DNA from: an uncultured Muribaculaceae bacterium
GTDB taxonomy: Bacteria; Bacteroidota; Bacteroidia; Bacteroidales; Muribaculaceae
Reading direction: 5' to 3'
DNA length: 64,000 nucleotides
Assembly: GCA_910587075.1 (NCBI GenBank)
Contig: CAJUKE010000011.1
Span: 5,071 to 69,070 of the forward strand
Positions 9,514 to 21,631 of the stretch are shown piece after piece. The stretch's first letter is position 1. The number at the start of each line of letters is the position of its first letter. The position numbers and the translations under genes were made by a program. Under the pieces are notes generated by a model. The model was not told the origin of the DNA. It was given only the letters and a program-made list of their open reading frames with translations, and made no database searches.

Positions 9514-10925
9514 TGTTCTTCGAGTCTGATGATTTCGTTGCGCATATCCAGGAGCTGTCCGCGGGCCTCGTCAATCTGGGCCTCGGCCCGGAGTATGGCG
9601 TCGGTCACGGAGCGGTCACCCTTTGAGAAGGCCGTGCGGAGCTCGCCGAGCCGTTCGAGCGCGAGGTCGAAGCGGCGCTGCGACTCGACGTAGTCCTTCA
9701 TCAAGGCCCGCGAGCGGGGCGAGTGGAGCTGCGAATAGTTGGTGAGCACCCCGCGTCCGGGTACCGACAGCTCGAAGTCGGCCCCTCGTTCCCTACCCGC
9801 CCCGGGCTTGATTGCGGCGATGCGGCGCAGCAGCGGTCGGTAGTCGGCACCCTCCTGCCAGGTCGAGCGAATCGAGCTCAGCGAGGCGCGGGCCAGCAGG
9901 TCGGGAGCGTCGGGGCTCACGTTGACCCTAAGCTCCTGAGGCACGAAGAGATAAATCGTGACCTTGCCGGGGATGCGGTTGCGGTCGGAGGCCCACCACC
10001 CGGCCCCGGTAAGCTCGTCGATGGCGAGCAGGTAATCGTTGTAGGGCGAGTTATAGGGCATGCCTATGTTGGCGGGTTGCAGAAAGTTACCCTCGTCGTC
10101 GCACCGCGAGATGAAAATATCGTAGCCGCCGAGCGAGTTCTCGCCGTCGTTGGCGTAATAGAGGGTTATGCCGTCGGGCATCAGGAAGGGATAGTTGGCG
10201 TCGCCACCCTCGTTGAGCTGGTCGCCCAGCGGGGCGGGTTTCTCCCAGGCGTCGCCGTAGAGCGCTCCCGACGACACCAGGCGGAACACTCCCGCCGTGT
10301 CGGGCATCGACCAAATCATCTGGCGGCGGCTCTCCGGCTCGTAGACAACCGTCGGCTCCGCGGCGGCGAACCCTTCGGGGAGCACCGAGGTCGGCTCGTT
10401 TAGCGATCCGCTCTCGGGCGAGAGGCGGTAGTAGCGGAAAAAGTCATCCGCGTCGACCACCACCGAATCGACTACTTCGAGCTGCTGCACTCGGGCGAGC
10501 ATATTCTCGGTGCGGAGTATGCGGTCCTCGATGTCGCCCGACTGGTCGGGGGCGAGCTGTCGCTTCCCCTTCTTGAGTGTCTTGCGATAGGCTTCGAGGA
10601 GCTCGCGGGCATCGTCGAGGCGGTACTGGAGCACGGCGGCGTTGGCCAGGGCGAGAATGGCCATGCGGTCGCCCTTGCGGCGCCCCTCGGCATACGCGTC
10701 GAGCGCCTCGCGGTCGCGGCCGAGCTGCCACAGGCAGTCGCCCAGCATGATGTCGGCCTCGGAGTTCTTGGGCTCGGCGGCTATCACTTCGCGGAGCGCG
10801 GCCTCGGCGGCAGCGGCGTCGCCGTCCTCCATCAGGCGTCGGGCGTCGTCAATTGTCGCCCCCTGGGCCGTGATGGCGCCGCAGAGGGTTAACGACAGCA
10901 GTATATGTCTGATTGTCAGTTTCAT
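9510..10925 (-). CDS. Secreted TPR + PD40/WD40-like repeat protein
   Basis: Signal peptide, N-terminal TPR-like helices, NYPFLMPDGITLYY..GGYDIFIS..NIGMPYNSPYND. Confidence 0.75.
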   Translation of the reverse strand: MKLTIRHILLSLTLCGAITAQGATIDDARRLMEDGDAAAAEAALREVIAAEPKNSEADIMLGDCLWQLGRDREALDAYAEGRRKGDRMAILALANAAVLQYRLDDARELLEAYRKTLKKGKRQLAPDQSGDIEDRILRTENMLARVQQLEVVDSVVVDADDFFRYYRLSPESGSLNEPTSVLPEGFAAAEPTVVYEPESRRQMIWSMPDTAGVFRLVSSGALYGDAWEKPAPLGDQLNEGGDANYPFLMPDGITLYYANDGENSLGGYDIFISRCDDEGNFLQPANIGMPYNSPYNDYLLAIDELTGAGWWASDRNRIPGKVTIYLFVPQELRVNVSPDAPDLLARASLSSIRSTWQEGADYRPLLRRIAAIKPGAGRERGADFELSVPGRGVLTNYSQLHSPRSRALMKDYVESQRRFDLALERLGELRTAFSKGDRSVTDAILRAEAQIDEARGQLLDMRNEIIRLEEQ

Positions 10926-10938
10926 AACAATGATATTA

Positions 10939-11997
10939 TCAAAGTTCCACGCCCTTTTGGCCCAGCGGATGCAGAATCCTTACGGCCAGGTCGTTGAGCA
11001 GGTCATAGGGGTCTTGCCGGGAGCCTACGCCCTTGGTGCGGCAGTCGAAGCGGCGTATCTCCTGCACGATTTCAATCGCGTGCCAGGGCCCGTAGTTCCC
11101 CATCGCGGCCTTAATGTCCTTTAACTGGCCGGGCCAGCGGAATCCGAGCTCCTGCATCAGCCCCCGCTCCGAGCGGTCAGTGGCGTAATATGCCGCCAGG
11201 AGGTTGGAAAACAGGGTGAAGATGTTGACCGCCAGCGGTTGCACGGGGTGGTTCTTGGGGTCGGCGCGGAAATAGCGCAGAATCTTCATCACCTTGGCCT
11301 CGTCGCGGTTGGCCAGGGCCGACACGAATTCGAAATTGTTATACTCCTTCGACACCCCGATGTTGCGCTCCACGGCCTCAGGGGTGACCATGGCGCCAGG
11401 CCCGAGCGACACGGTGAGCTTGCCCACCTCGTTGTAGAGCCTCGACAGGTCGGTGCCCACGAAATCGCAGAGCATCGCCAGCGCCTTGGGGTCGACGCTC
11501 AGGCCGCGGTCCTTGATGAACTGCGCCACCTGCGCGCCCACGCGGTCCTCGCGCACCTTGGCCGACTCGAACACCACGCCCCCTCCGGCCTTCATGGCCT
11601 TCATGAACTCCGCCCCCTTGGCCTCCTCGCCGCGGAAGCACACGCAGAGCACCGTGGTGGGCGAAGGGGAGGCGGCATACGCGGCAAGCGCCTTGAGGTA
11701 GGCCGCGGCGCCGAAGCGCGGGGGCATGCCCGACTGCGCCTCGCGGAGTATGACCACCTGCCGCTCGGCCATCATCGGATAGCGGCGGCACGCCTCGACC
11801 ACCTTGGCGGGCTCGGTCTGCGGGGCGTAGAGCACCGTGAGGTTGAAATCGCGGTCGGCCTCCGGCACCAGCGCCTCGATGTCGCGCGACAGCTGGTCGA
11901 TAAAGAAGCCCTCCCTGCCGTGGAGCAGGTAGACCGGGGCCGGTTTGCCGGCCTTTATTGAGCGTCGCAGGGAATCGAATGTTACCGCTTCTGCCAT
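10939..11997 (-). CDS. holA: DNA polymerase III subunit delta
   Basis: PVYLLHGREGFFID, DFNLTVLY, CRRYPMMAERQVVILREAQ, IGVSKEYNNFE; start reset to MAEAV (11997). Confidence 0.92.
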   Translation of the reverse strand: MAEAVTFDSLRRSIKAGKPAPVYLLHGREGFFIDQLSRDIEALVPEADRDFNLTVLYAPQTEPAKVVEACRRYPMMAERQVVILREAQSGMPPRFGAAAYLKALAAYAASPSPTTVLCVCFRGEEAKGAEFMKAMKAGGGVVFESAKVREDRVGAQVAQFIKDRGLSVDPKALAMLCDFVGTDLSRLYNEVGKLTVSLGPGAMVTPEAVERNIGVSKEYNNFEFVSALANRDEAKVMKILRYFRADPKNHPVQPLAVNIFTLFSNLLAAYYATDRSERGLMQELGFRWPGQLKDIKAAMGNYGPWHAIEIVQEIRRFDCRTKGVGSRQDPYDLLNDLAVRILHPLGQKGVEL

Positions 11998-12100
11998 ACA
12001 GAGATCAGGTGTTAGAGGTCGCGTGATTGCGAAAAGTTTCGTAAATTTACGGAGTTTTTCCCATTCCCGCAAAATTAGCCCACCATACCCTACTTAAAAA

Positions 12101-12628
12101 ATGCAAAGCGCCCGAAAACCCGAAAACGCCGTCGCGAGGCTCAACCTCCCCCCGATCACCCCGCGGATCACCCGCGGAGCCGACGGGGTGACGCGCATCC
12201 TCGACCCCCTGCGAGGGCGCCCCGTGGCGCTGACCCCCGAGGAGTGGGTGCGCCAGCATTTCGCCGCCTATCTCACCGGCGAGCTCGGCTACCCGCGGGA
12301 ACTGACGGCCAACGAGGTGTCGCTGCGCCTCAACGGCACCCTTCGCCGCTGCGACACTGTGGTGTTCACCCGCGAGGGGCTACACCCGCTGGTAATCGTC
12401 GAATACAAGGCCCCCTCGATAGCCGTCACGCAACGCGTGTTCGACCAGATCGCCCGCTACAACATGGTGATGGGCGCGCCCTGCCTGATGGTGAGCAACG
12501 GCCTGGCCCACTACTGCTGCCTGCTCTCCCCCTCCGCCGAACCGGGCCGCCCCCCCTACCGCTTCCTACCCCGCCTCCCGACTTTCGCCGAGCTCCAGGA
12601 GCTGGTTTCCCCCGTAAACCGCCCCTGA
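12101..12628 (+). CDS. Stand-alone HsdR N-terminal (PD-(D/E)xK-like) domain protein
   Basis: LTPEEWVRQHF, RRCDTVV, IVEYKAP, FDQIARYN, SNGL. Confidence 0.85.
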   Translation: MQSARKPENAVARLNLPPITPRITRGADGVTRILDPLRGRPVALTPEEWVRQHFAAYLTGELGYPRELTANEVSLRLNGTLRRCDTVVFTREGLHPLVIVEYKAPSIAVTQRVFDQIARYNMVMGAPCLMVSNGLAHYCCLLSPSAEPGRPPYRFLPRLPTFAELQELVSPVNRP

Positions 12629-12763
12629 ACCGCGTTCAGCGGGGCACCGCGGCGAAAAAAGCGGGGCGGCGCGAGCGCTGTTTGTGGGGAATTTGCTAAC
12701 TTCGCGGGAATATCAGGCGTGCGCGCCCCGCGCGTACGCTATAAGCGCACAACCACGAGTGCA

Positions 12764-13210
12764 ATGGAACAGAACGTAAAACAGGAAATACTTGACCGGC
12801 GCTACCTCCGCATGGCCGGCATCTGGGCTGAAAACTCCTACTGCCAGCGGCGCAAGGTCGGAGCTATCATCGTGAAAAACTCGATGATTATCTCCGACGG
12901 CTTCAACGGCACACCCTCGGGCTTCGAGAATGTATGCGAGGACGAGAGCGGCGCCACCAAGCCGTATGTGCTCCACGCCGAGGCCAACGCCATCACCAAG
13001 GTAGCCCGGAGCAACAACTCCTCCGACGGGGCGACGCTCTACATCACCGCCTCCCCCTGCGTGGAGTGCTCGAAGCTGATTATCCAGGCGGGCATACGCC
13101 GCGTGGTGTTCAACGAGCTCTACCGCATAACCGACGGCATCGACCTGCTACGCCGCGCGGGAGTTGAATGTGTGCACATCCCCGAACTTTCCTACCCCGC
13201 CGAAAGTTAA
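12764..13210 (+). CDS. dCMP deaminase family protein
   Basis: HAEANAI and PCVEC zinc motifs, GFNGTPSG; start reset to MEQNV. Confidence 0.92.
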   Translation: MEQNVKQEILDRRYLRMAGIWAENSYCQRRKVGAIIVKNSMIISDGFNGTPSGFENVCEDESGATKPYVLHAEANAITKVARSNNSSDGATLYITASPCVECSKLIIQAGIRRVVFNELYRITDGIDLLRRAGVECVHIPELSYPAES

Positions 13211-13292
13211 CATTCCGTAACCTACGCCATCGGGCGCCGCGCCAACCCCGGGGCGCCCATCCACACAAGGTTTTCAATAATACACCACTGTT

Positions 13293-14975
13293 TTGAACCA
13301 CATCAAGAAAACATCGGTCTGGGTGCCGCTGATCGCGGCCCTCGCCTTCGTGCTCGGCCTACTCACTTCCAACCTGCTGAAGGTGGGGAGCGGCCCGACT
13401 CCGGCCCAGAAGAAGTTCCAGACCGTGCTCAACCTAATCCGTAACGACTACGTCGACGAGGTCGACCTCGACAGCCTTCTGGAGAACACCCTCCCCAGCC
13501 TGCTGACAAACCTCGACCCCCACTCGGCCTACATCCCCGCATCCGACCTACAGGCGGTCAACGACGACCTCGACGGCTCCTTCTCGGGGGTCGGCATCCA
13601 GTTCATGATCAACAACGACACGATCGTGGTACTCGAAGTAATACCCGGCGGCCCCTCCGAGAAGGTGGGTATTCTGCCGGGCGACCGCATAGTGAAGGTC
13701 GACGACGAGCAGGTGGCCGGAACCGGAATCACCAACGAGCAGGTGCTCAAGAAGCTCCGCGGCGATAAGGATACCCGCGTGAAGCTCGGCATAAAGCGCC
13801 TCAACTCCAAGAAGACGCTGAGCTTCGAGGTGACCCGCGGCGACATCCCCGTGAACTCGGTAGACGCCGCCTACCTGCTGAACGACTCGACGGGCTACAT
13901 TCGCGTCAACAAGTTCGGCCGCACCACCTACGACGAGTTCTGGCAGGCGCTTAACTCGCTGGCCCGCGACGGCGCCGCCGACTTCGTGATCGACCTCCGG
14001 GGCAACACCGGCGGCTTTATGGAGGTGGCCTTCCTGATGGTCAACGAGTTCCTGGAGAAGGGTCAGCCCATCGTGTCGACCCGCGGCCGCGACTACTACG
14101 CGACCTCGGCCGTGGGGGCCGACGGCAACGGCTCCTTCACCGACGCGCAGGTGGTGGTGCTCCTCGACGAGTTCTCGGCATCAGCCTCGGAGATTTTCGC
14201 TGGAGCCATCCAGGACAACGACCGCGGCCTGGTGATCGGGCGCCGCTCCTTCGGCAAGGGGCTCATCCAGCGCCAGAGCGTGCTCCCCGACAGCAGCGCC
14301 ATACGCCTCACCATCGGGCGCTACTACACCCCCTCGGGGCGCTCGATACAGAAGGACTACTCCAACCACTCGCTCTACGAGCATGACCTGATCGACCGCT
14401 ACAACCGCGGCGAGATGTTCTCGCAGGACTCCATACGCCAGAACACCGACCAGGTGTTCACCACCCTCCACGGGCGCACCGTGTTCGGCGGCGGGGGTAT
14501 CATGCCCGACATCTTCGTGCCCAACGACACCTCGGGCATCACCTCGTACTACATCAACGTGGCCAACGCCGGGCTCTTCCAGAAGTTCGCGTTCGACTAC
14601 GTCGACACTAACCGCGAGAAACTCGAACAGGCCTCCGGGGCCGACGAGCTCCTGGGCCTCCTACCCTCCGACGACGCCCTGCTGCGCCAGTTCGTGAACT
14701 TCGCGGCCCGCAACGGCATCCCCGCCCGATGGTACTACATCAACATTTCCCACGACTTGATTGTTAACCAACTGAAAGCGCTGATCGCGCGCGACGCCTT
14801 AGGCTACGGCGCGTACTTCGAAATCGCCAACCGGGCCGACACCAACGTGGCCCGCGCGGTCGAGGAGCTCGCCAAGGGCACGGCGGCCTTCCCGGTGACC
14901 ATACCGCTGAAGGCCCCCGCGTCGGGCAAAGCCGCGGCCGACAGCGCCTCAAACACTAACGTCAAGCAACCCTGA
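13293..14975 (+). CDS. S41 family C-terminal processing peptidase
   Basis: LDPHS, PDZ (FSGVGI), IDLRGNTGG, SASASEI, RSFGKG, RYYTPSGRSIQ. Confidence 0.93.
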   Translation: MNHIKKTSVWVPLIAALAFVLGLLTSNLLKVGSGPTPAQKKFQTVLNLIRNDYVDEVDLDSLLENTLPSLLTNLDPHSAYIPASDLQAVNDDLDGSFSGVGIQFMINNDTIVVLEVIPGGPSEKVGILPGDRIVKVDDEQVAGTGITNEQVLKKLRGDKDTRVKLGIKRLNSKKTLSFEVTRGDIPVNSVDAAYLLNDSTGYIRVNKFGRTTYDEFWQALNSLARDGAADFVIDLRGNTGGFMEVAFLMVNEFLEKGQPIVSTRGRDYYATSAVGADGNGSFTDAQVVVLLDEFSASASEIFAGAIQDNDRGLVIGRRSFGKGLIQRQSVLPDSSAIRLTIGRYYTPSGRSIQKDYSNHSLYEHDLIDRYNRGEMFSQDSIRQNTDQVFTTLHGRTVFGGGGIMPDIFVPNDTSGITSYYINVANAGLFQKFAFDYVDTNREKLEQASGADELLGLLPSDDALLRQFVNFAARNGIPARWYYINISHDLIVNQLKALIARDALGYGAYFEIANRADTNVARAVEELAKGTAAFPVTIPLKAPASGKAAADSASNTNVKQP

Positions 14976-14980
14976 GAGAG

Positions 14981-15544
14981 ATGAACAAGGATGAGATACG
15001 CGACCGCGTGAAGGCCCGCAAGAGCCTCCTTTCCGCGGCGGAGAAAATCGAGGCGGCACGCCGGGTATTCAGCAGGCTGGAACAGTCGGCGGCTTTCATG
15101 CTGGCCGACAAGGTGCTCCTCTACCATTCGCTACCCGACGAGCTCTCGACCCGCGAGTTCATCGACAAATGGAGCTCGCGCAAGCGTTTCTACCTCCCGA
15201 GGGTCAACGGGGTGAACCTCGACATCCTCCCCTATGACCGCTCGCGGCTGGCCATGGGGGCATTCCACATCGAGGAGCCGCAGGGCGACGACCTGGCCGA
15301 CATCAACGAGATAGAGCTGATGGTGATTCCCGCCGTGGCCTACGACCGCCGCGGCAACCGCGTGGGGCGCGGCAAGGGGTATTACGACCGCCTATTGGCC
15401 GACACCCGCGCCACCAAGGTCGGGGTTGGCTACGACTTCCAGCTTATCGAGGGTGACGGCATCGACGCCGAGCCCCACGACGTGGCTGTCGACATCGTGA
15501 TCACCGAATCGCGCCGCCTGGTGATCCACCACTACCGCCGCTGA
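14981..15544 (+). CDS. 5-formyltetrahydrofolate cyclo-ligase
   Basis: IPAVAYDRRGNRVGRGKGYYDRLL, EPHDV. Confidence 0.93.
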   Translation: MNKDEIRDRVKARKSLLSAAEKIEAARRVFSRLEQSAAFMLADKVLLYHSLPDELSTREFIDKWSSRKRFYLPRVNGVNLDILPYDRSRLAMGAFHIEEPQGDDLADINEIELMVIPAVAYDRRGNRVGRGKGYYDRLLADTRATKVGVGYDFQLIEGDGIDAEPHDVAVDIVITESRRLVIHHYRR

Positions 15545-15683
15545 GGCCCGCCCCGCTCTACCCATCTCGCCTCGCCATCCCGCCATCCCGCCTCCGCGCT
15601 CCACGCCTCCGCGGTGCCCCGTGTGGAGCGAGCGTAAGCGAGCGGCTTCCCGCTCCTTTTTCCAATCAAGCCAATCATTACCG

Positions 15684-17678
<1,995 letters not shown>

Positions 17679-17705
17679 CCGCGGCCCGACTGAAGCCGAT
17701 CGGGT

Positions 17706-18623
17706 TCAGTTGACGCGGAAGCGGTCGACGCCATCCTTCAGGAAGGCCACAACCTGGCGCGCGGCGGCGATGCCGGCGTTGATGTTGGCCTCGGAGGTCT
17801 GCGCACCCATCTTCTTGGGGGTGAAGAACACGCGTCCGGCAAACTCGCTTTCGAGCGCCTCGGCGTTGTCGGGCTTCACGTCGGCCACATATTTGAGGTC
17901 GGGGCGGTCGGCCAGTGCGCGGCGCAGCCCCTCCTCGTCGATCACCTCCTTGCGGGCGGTGTTGATCAGCAGGCCGTTCTTGGGGAGCATCGTCACCAGG
18001 TCGTAGCCCACCGAGCCGCGGGTTTCGGCCGTGGCGGGGATATGCAGCGACACCACCTTGTTATTCTTGTAAAGCTCCTCGACGGAGTGTACGGGCTTCA
18101 CGCCGGCCTCCTCCATAGCCGAGTCGGGGCAGTAAGGGTCGAGCGCGCTCACCTCCATGCCGAACCCTTTGGCGATGCGGGCCACGTTGCGCCCCACCTG
18201 CCCGAAGGCGTGGATGCCGAGGGTCTTCCCCTTCAGCTCCCAGCCGGAGGTACCGTTGTACATATTGCGGGCGGCCATCACCGCCATACCGAACACCAGC
18301 TCGGCCACGGCGTTGGAGTTCTGGCCCGGGGTGTTCTCGACCACCACCCCGTGGGAGGTGGCGGCGGCGAGGTCCACATTGTCGTAGCCGGCGCCAGCGC
18401 GAACCACGATTTTCAGTTTCCCGGCGGCGTCGAGCACCTCGGCGTCCACCTTGTCGGAGCGGATGATGAGAGCGTCAGCGTCGGCCACTGCGGCGAGCAG
18501 ATCGGCCTTCGACCCATACTTTTCGAGGAGCGCCAGCTCATAGCCGGCCCCTTCGACGACTTCGCGGATACCGTCGACGGCCACAGCGGCGAACGTTTTC
18601 TCGGTAGCGACAAGCACTTTCAT
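17706..18623 (-). CDS. serA: D-3-phosphoglycerate dehydrogenase (short form)
   Basis: VRAGAGYDNVD, NTPGQNSNAVAEL, LINTAR; directly downstream of serC. Confidence 0.85.
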   Translation of the reverse strand: MKVLVATEKTFAAVAVDGIREVVEGAGYELALLEKYGSKADLLAAVADADALIIRSDKVDAEVLDAAGKLKIVVRAGAGYDNVDLAAATSHGVVVENTPGQNSNAVAELVFGMAVMAARNMYNGTSGWELKGKTLGIHAFGQVGRNVARIAKGFGMEVSALDPYCPDSAMEEAGVKPVHSVEELYKNNKVVSLHIPATAETRGSVGYDLVTMLPKNGLLINTARKEVIDEEGLRRALADRPDLKYVADVKPDNAEALESEFAGRVFFTPKKMGAQTSEANINAGIAAARQVVAFLKDGVDRFRVN

Positions 18624-18637
18624 AGCTGTTCCGGGCA

Positions 18638-19708
18638 TTATAGTTTGTTTTCAAATTCCTTCATCGCGGCAACCAGGGCGTCGACCGACTCCATGGGGAG
18701 AGCGTTGTAGAGCGACGCGCGGAAACCACCTACCGAGCGGTGACCCTTGATGCCCACGATACCCTTCGAGGTGGCGAGCTCCATGAACTGCTTTTCAAGC
18801 TCGGCGTACTCGGGCTTCATCACGAAGCAGACGTTCATGATCGAGCGGTCCTCGTGGTCGGGCACAGTAGCCTGGAACACCTTGCTGGAGTCGATTGCCT
18901 CATACAGCTTGGCGGCCTTCGCGAGGTCAAACTTCTCAAGCTCCTTCACGCCGCCCATCTCCTTGTAGTAGCGGAGGGTCTGCAGGGCCGAGAAAATCGG
19001 GAGCACGGGGGGAGTGTTGAACATCGAGCCCTTGTCGACGTGGGTCTTGTAGTTGAGCATCGTTGGGATGGGGCGGGGAGGATTGTTAAGCACCTCGTCG
19101 CGAACGATTATGAGGGTAGCGCCGGCGGGGGCGAGGTTCTTCTGAGCTCCGGCGTAGATGAGGTCGTATTTGGCCACGTCAACGGGGCGGGAGAAGATGT
19201 CGGACGACATATCGGCCACCAGGCGGACCTTCGTCTCGGGGTCCTTGCGGATTTCCGTGCCGTAGATGGTGTTGTTGGTGGTATAGTGGAAGTAGTCAGC
19301 GTCGTCGGGCACGGCGTAGCCTTTCGGGATATAGTTGTAGTTGCGGTCCTCCGATGAAGCCACCACGTCGACCTCGCCGAAGAGCTTGGCCTCCTTGATT
19401 GCCTTGTGGGCCCACACGCCGGTGTCGAGGTACGCGGCCTTGGTGCGCATCAGGTTGTAGGGAACCATAGCGAACTGGAGCGAAGCTCCGCCGCCGAGAA
19501 ACAGCACGCTGTAGCCCGCGGGAACGTCGAGCAGCTCCTTCACGAGCGCCTGGGCCTCGTCCATGACAGCCTGGAACTCCTTGGAGCGGTGGGATACTTC
19601 GAGGATCGACAGGCCGGTATCAGCGAAGTTCAGCACCGCGTCGGCGGTATTCTTGATGGTGTACTGGCTCAGAATCGAAGGTCCGGCATAAAAATTGTGC
19701 TTCTTCAT
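18638..19708 (-). CDS. serC: Phosphoserine aminotransferase
   Basis: [41 protein letters not shown]. Confidence 0.96.
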   Translation of the reverse strand: MKKHNFYAGPSILSQYTIKNTADAVLNFADTGLSILEVSHRSKEFQAVMDEAQALVKELLDVPAGYSVLFLGGGASLQFAMVPYNLMRTKAAYLDTGVWAHKAIKEAKLFGEVDVVASSEDRNYNYIPKGYAVPDDADYFHYTTNNTIYGTEIRKDPETKVRLVADMSSDIFSRPVDVAKYDLIYAGAQKNLAPAGATLIIVRDEVLNNPPRPIPTMLNYKTHVDKGSMFNTPPVLPIFSALQTLRYYKEMGGVKELEKFDLAKAAKLYEAIDSSKVFQATVPDHEDRSIMNVCFVMKPEYAELEKQFMELATSKGIVGIKGHRSVGGFRASLYNALPMESVDALVAAMKEFENKL

Positions 19709-19791
19709 CCTTGTAATAATTTAATATGGTTTTTAATCTGATGCGGAGGTCGGGCCGCGGGGTGTCACATCGTAACCTCGCGCCCCGGCAG

Positions 19792-19799
19792 CAAAGGTA
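19792..19799 (-). promoter_or_regulatory. -7 promoter element for serCA
   Basis: TACCTTTG on the minus strand upstream of serC. Confidence 0.55.
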
Positions 19800-19883
19800 A
19801 TGAAAGTTTGGGAAAGCGCAAGCCGCCGGGCGGAAAATTTCGCGGGTGGAGCGCGACTTATGATGAGCGCGGGAAAAGGGGCG

Positions 19884-19915
19884 AAAAAAAGCCGCGCCCG
19901 GGGTGGGCGCGGCTT
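19884..19915 (-). terminator. Intrinsic terminator of the susC/susD/lipoprotein operon
   Basis: AAGCCGCGCCC / GGGCGCGGCTT stem with an A7 run (U tail on the minus strand). Confidence 0.75.
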
Positions 19916-19954
19916 GATTATGGCGGGATGCCGGATTAGCGGCTGATTGTCGGA

Positions 19955-21607
19955 TTAGCGAGCTACTTTGTAGCTGGCGCGGGGCTTCGCAAGGGAGATT
20001 TTGCCCTTGGGAGCAACGTAGTTGGATGCCTCAGCGGCCTGACCCTCGGCGGGGAGAACGATTACGGCGGGCTGGAAGTTGGCCACGTTAGGATCGTTCC
20101 AAACGGTGAACCAAGTGCTGCCGGCGTTGCCGGAGATCATCGGGTGGCTGATGGTGATAGTGCGGGTAGCGGCATCGTAGGTATCGTTGAGACCTGCGGC
20201 GATTACCTGATCCTTGGTCATCTTCTTGGTGGCGTCATCGGTTGTGGTGTAGTAACCGGCGGCGTTGGCGATGTACTGTTCGGTACCAGCCGAGAAGCCG
20301 GAGGCCATAGGTTCGATGATCACGAAGTTGGGATCGGTGCAGTCAACAACCATATTCCAGGGGCCTTCGCCGGGAGCGTCAGACGAAGTACCTGCCAAAG
20401 GATAGGTACCGAAGCGGTAGGGGTTCTGGAGGCGGAATACACCGGGTGTATTGGTGTTCTCCATAACCGCAACCTGATAGGTGGGAGCACCCTCACCCCA
20501 GTACTGCGCGATGATACCATCGGTGTAGGTAGCCATGCCGAGCGAGCTCCAGCCGAGCGACGAACCGCCTGCGAGCTTGAGGGTCCATTCGGAGCCGTTC
20601 CAAAGAGCTTCGTCGTCGTTAGTGAAGCTGCCAAAGATACCTTCCTTATTGTTGAACTCGATGGTTTCGCCGGTGTACTTACCAAAGGCGTTTTCAAACA
20701 CGGTGTAGGGATAATAGCCGTCGGGGAGATCGATGTTTTCCTTGTTCACGAAGTAGTACATACCGTTCATTATGGCTATGTTGCCATAAGCGGCCCATTC
20801 ATCGCTCATAAGGAGCTGGACACCGGTATCATACCACTTGAGGTTACCAATCTCGCCGTTACGCTCACACATATAAACGCGGTTGGCGTTTTCGGCATTG
20901 AGGTACATATAGTTCGGAGCGTTGGGGTCCAGGGTGAACCTCGAGTTCTCACCACCGGAAGCCGTGTTGAACGCGCCTACCGCGTTAAGGTAGGGGCAGG
21001 TGATGCGGAAAAGGTTCTTGCTGGGATGCTTCTCAACCACTACGTCGAGGGTTATTTTAAGGCCGGAGGCACCGCTTGTCCATCGAATGGGGCTGAAAAG
21101 GACATCGTCAGTAAGGACAGAAAGAGCGCCGGTAGCGGGATCCTCCATCGAAATCCAGGGAACGTAGGAAACCACGAACTCGTTGGATGTGATGAAGTAG
21201 GGAGTGCTCTCCCCTTCGAGCTTGAAGAGGAAGGAATACTCGACCAGATCGACTACCTGTGCCATATCGACTGCATACTTGATGGCGCCGGTAGTAGCAC
21301 CCTCGGGGAAGATGGGGTCTGTATCGCTGTTGAGCGGAGTGAAGCAGCTGGTGGTTGATACGCCGTCGCCGCTGATGATTTCAACAGCCACATTGGGGTT
21401 CATAGCCGCTCCCGCATCGGCGCGGTAGATGGGGAAGCTGATCTCGGTGGAGTTCTTCTCCAGGTCTACCTCCTTGGTGTCGGAGATGTTGAAGTAGGCG
21501 GGGGGAGTCACCACCGCGGAAGCGGGGGTGTACTCCTCATCGTCGCTGCAGGAGGCAAGAGCCAGGGCCACAACGCCGAGAGCCATATATAATTTATTGA
21601 ATTTCAT
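19955..21607 (-). CDS. SusCD-associated surface lipoprotein of unknown function
   Basis: Lipobox LALASC followed by acidic SDDEE export-like signal; beta-rich, with two similar internal modules. Confidence 0.75.
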   Translation of the reverse strand: MKFNKLYMALGVVALALASCSDDEEYTPASAVVTPPAYFNISDTKEVDLEKNSTEISFPIYRADAGAAMNPNVAVEIISGDGVSTTSCFTPLNSDTDPIFPEGATTGAIKYAVDMAQVVDLVEYSFLFKLEGESTPYFITSNEFVVSYVPWISMEDPATGALSVLTDDVLFSPIRWTSGASGLKITLDVVVEKHPSKNLFRITCPYLNAVGAFNTASGGENSRFTLDPNAPNYMYLNAENANRVYMCERNGEIGNLKWYDTGVQLLMSDEWAAYGNIAIMNGMYYFVNKENIDLPDGYYPYTVFENAFGKYTGETIEFNNKEGIFGSFTNDDEALWNGSEWTLKLAGGSSLGWSSLGMATYTDGIIAQYWGEGAPTYQVAVMENTNTPGVFRLQNPYRFGTYPLAGTSSDAPGEGPWNMVVDCTDPNFVIIEPMASGFSAGTEQYIANAAGYYTTTDDATKKMTKDQVIAAGLNDTYDAATRTITISHPMISGNAGSTWFTVWNDPNVANFQPAVIVLPAEGQAAEASNYVAPKGKISLAKPRASYKVAR

Positions 21608-21631
21608 ATTCTTTAGTCTGAAAAAGTTACA

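Noticed and set aside
12101..12628. HsdR_N gene as part of a type I restriction-modification system
   Set aside because: There is no helicase domain and no hsdM or hsdS nearby. A stand-alone copy beside holA is a usual Bacteroidetes arrangement.
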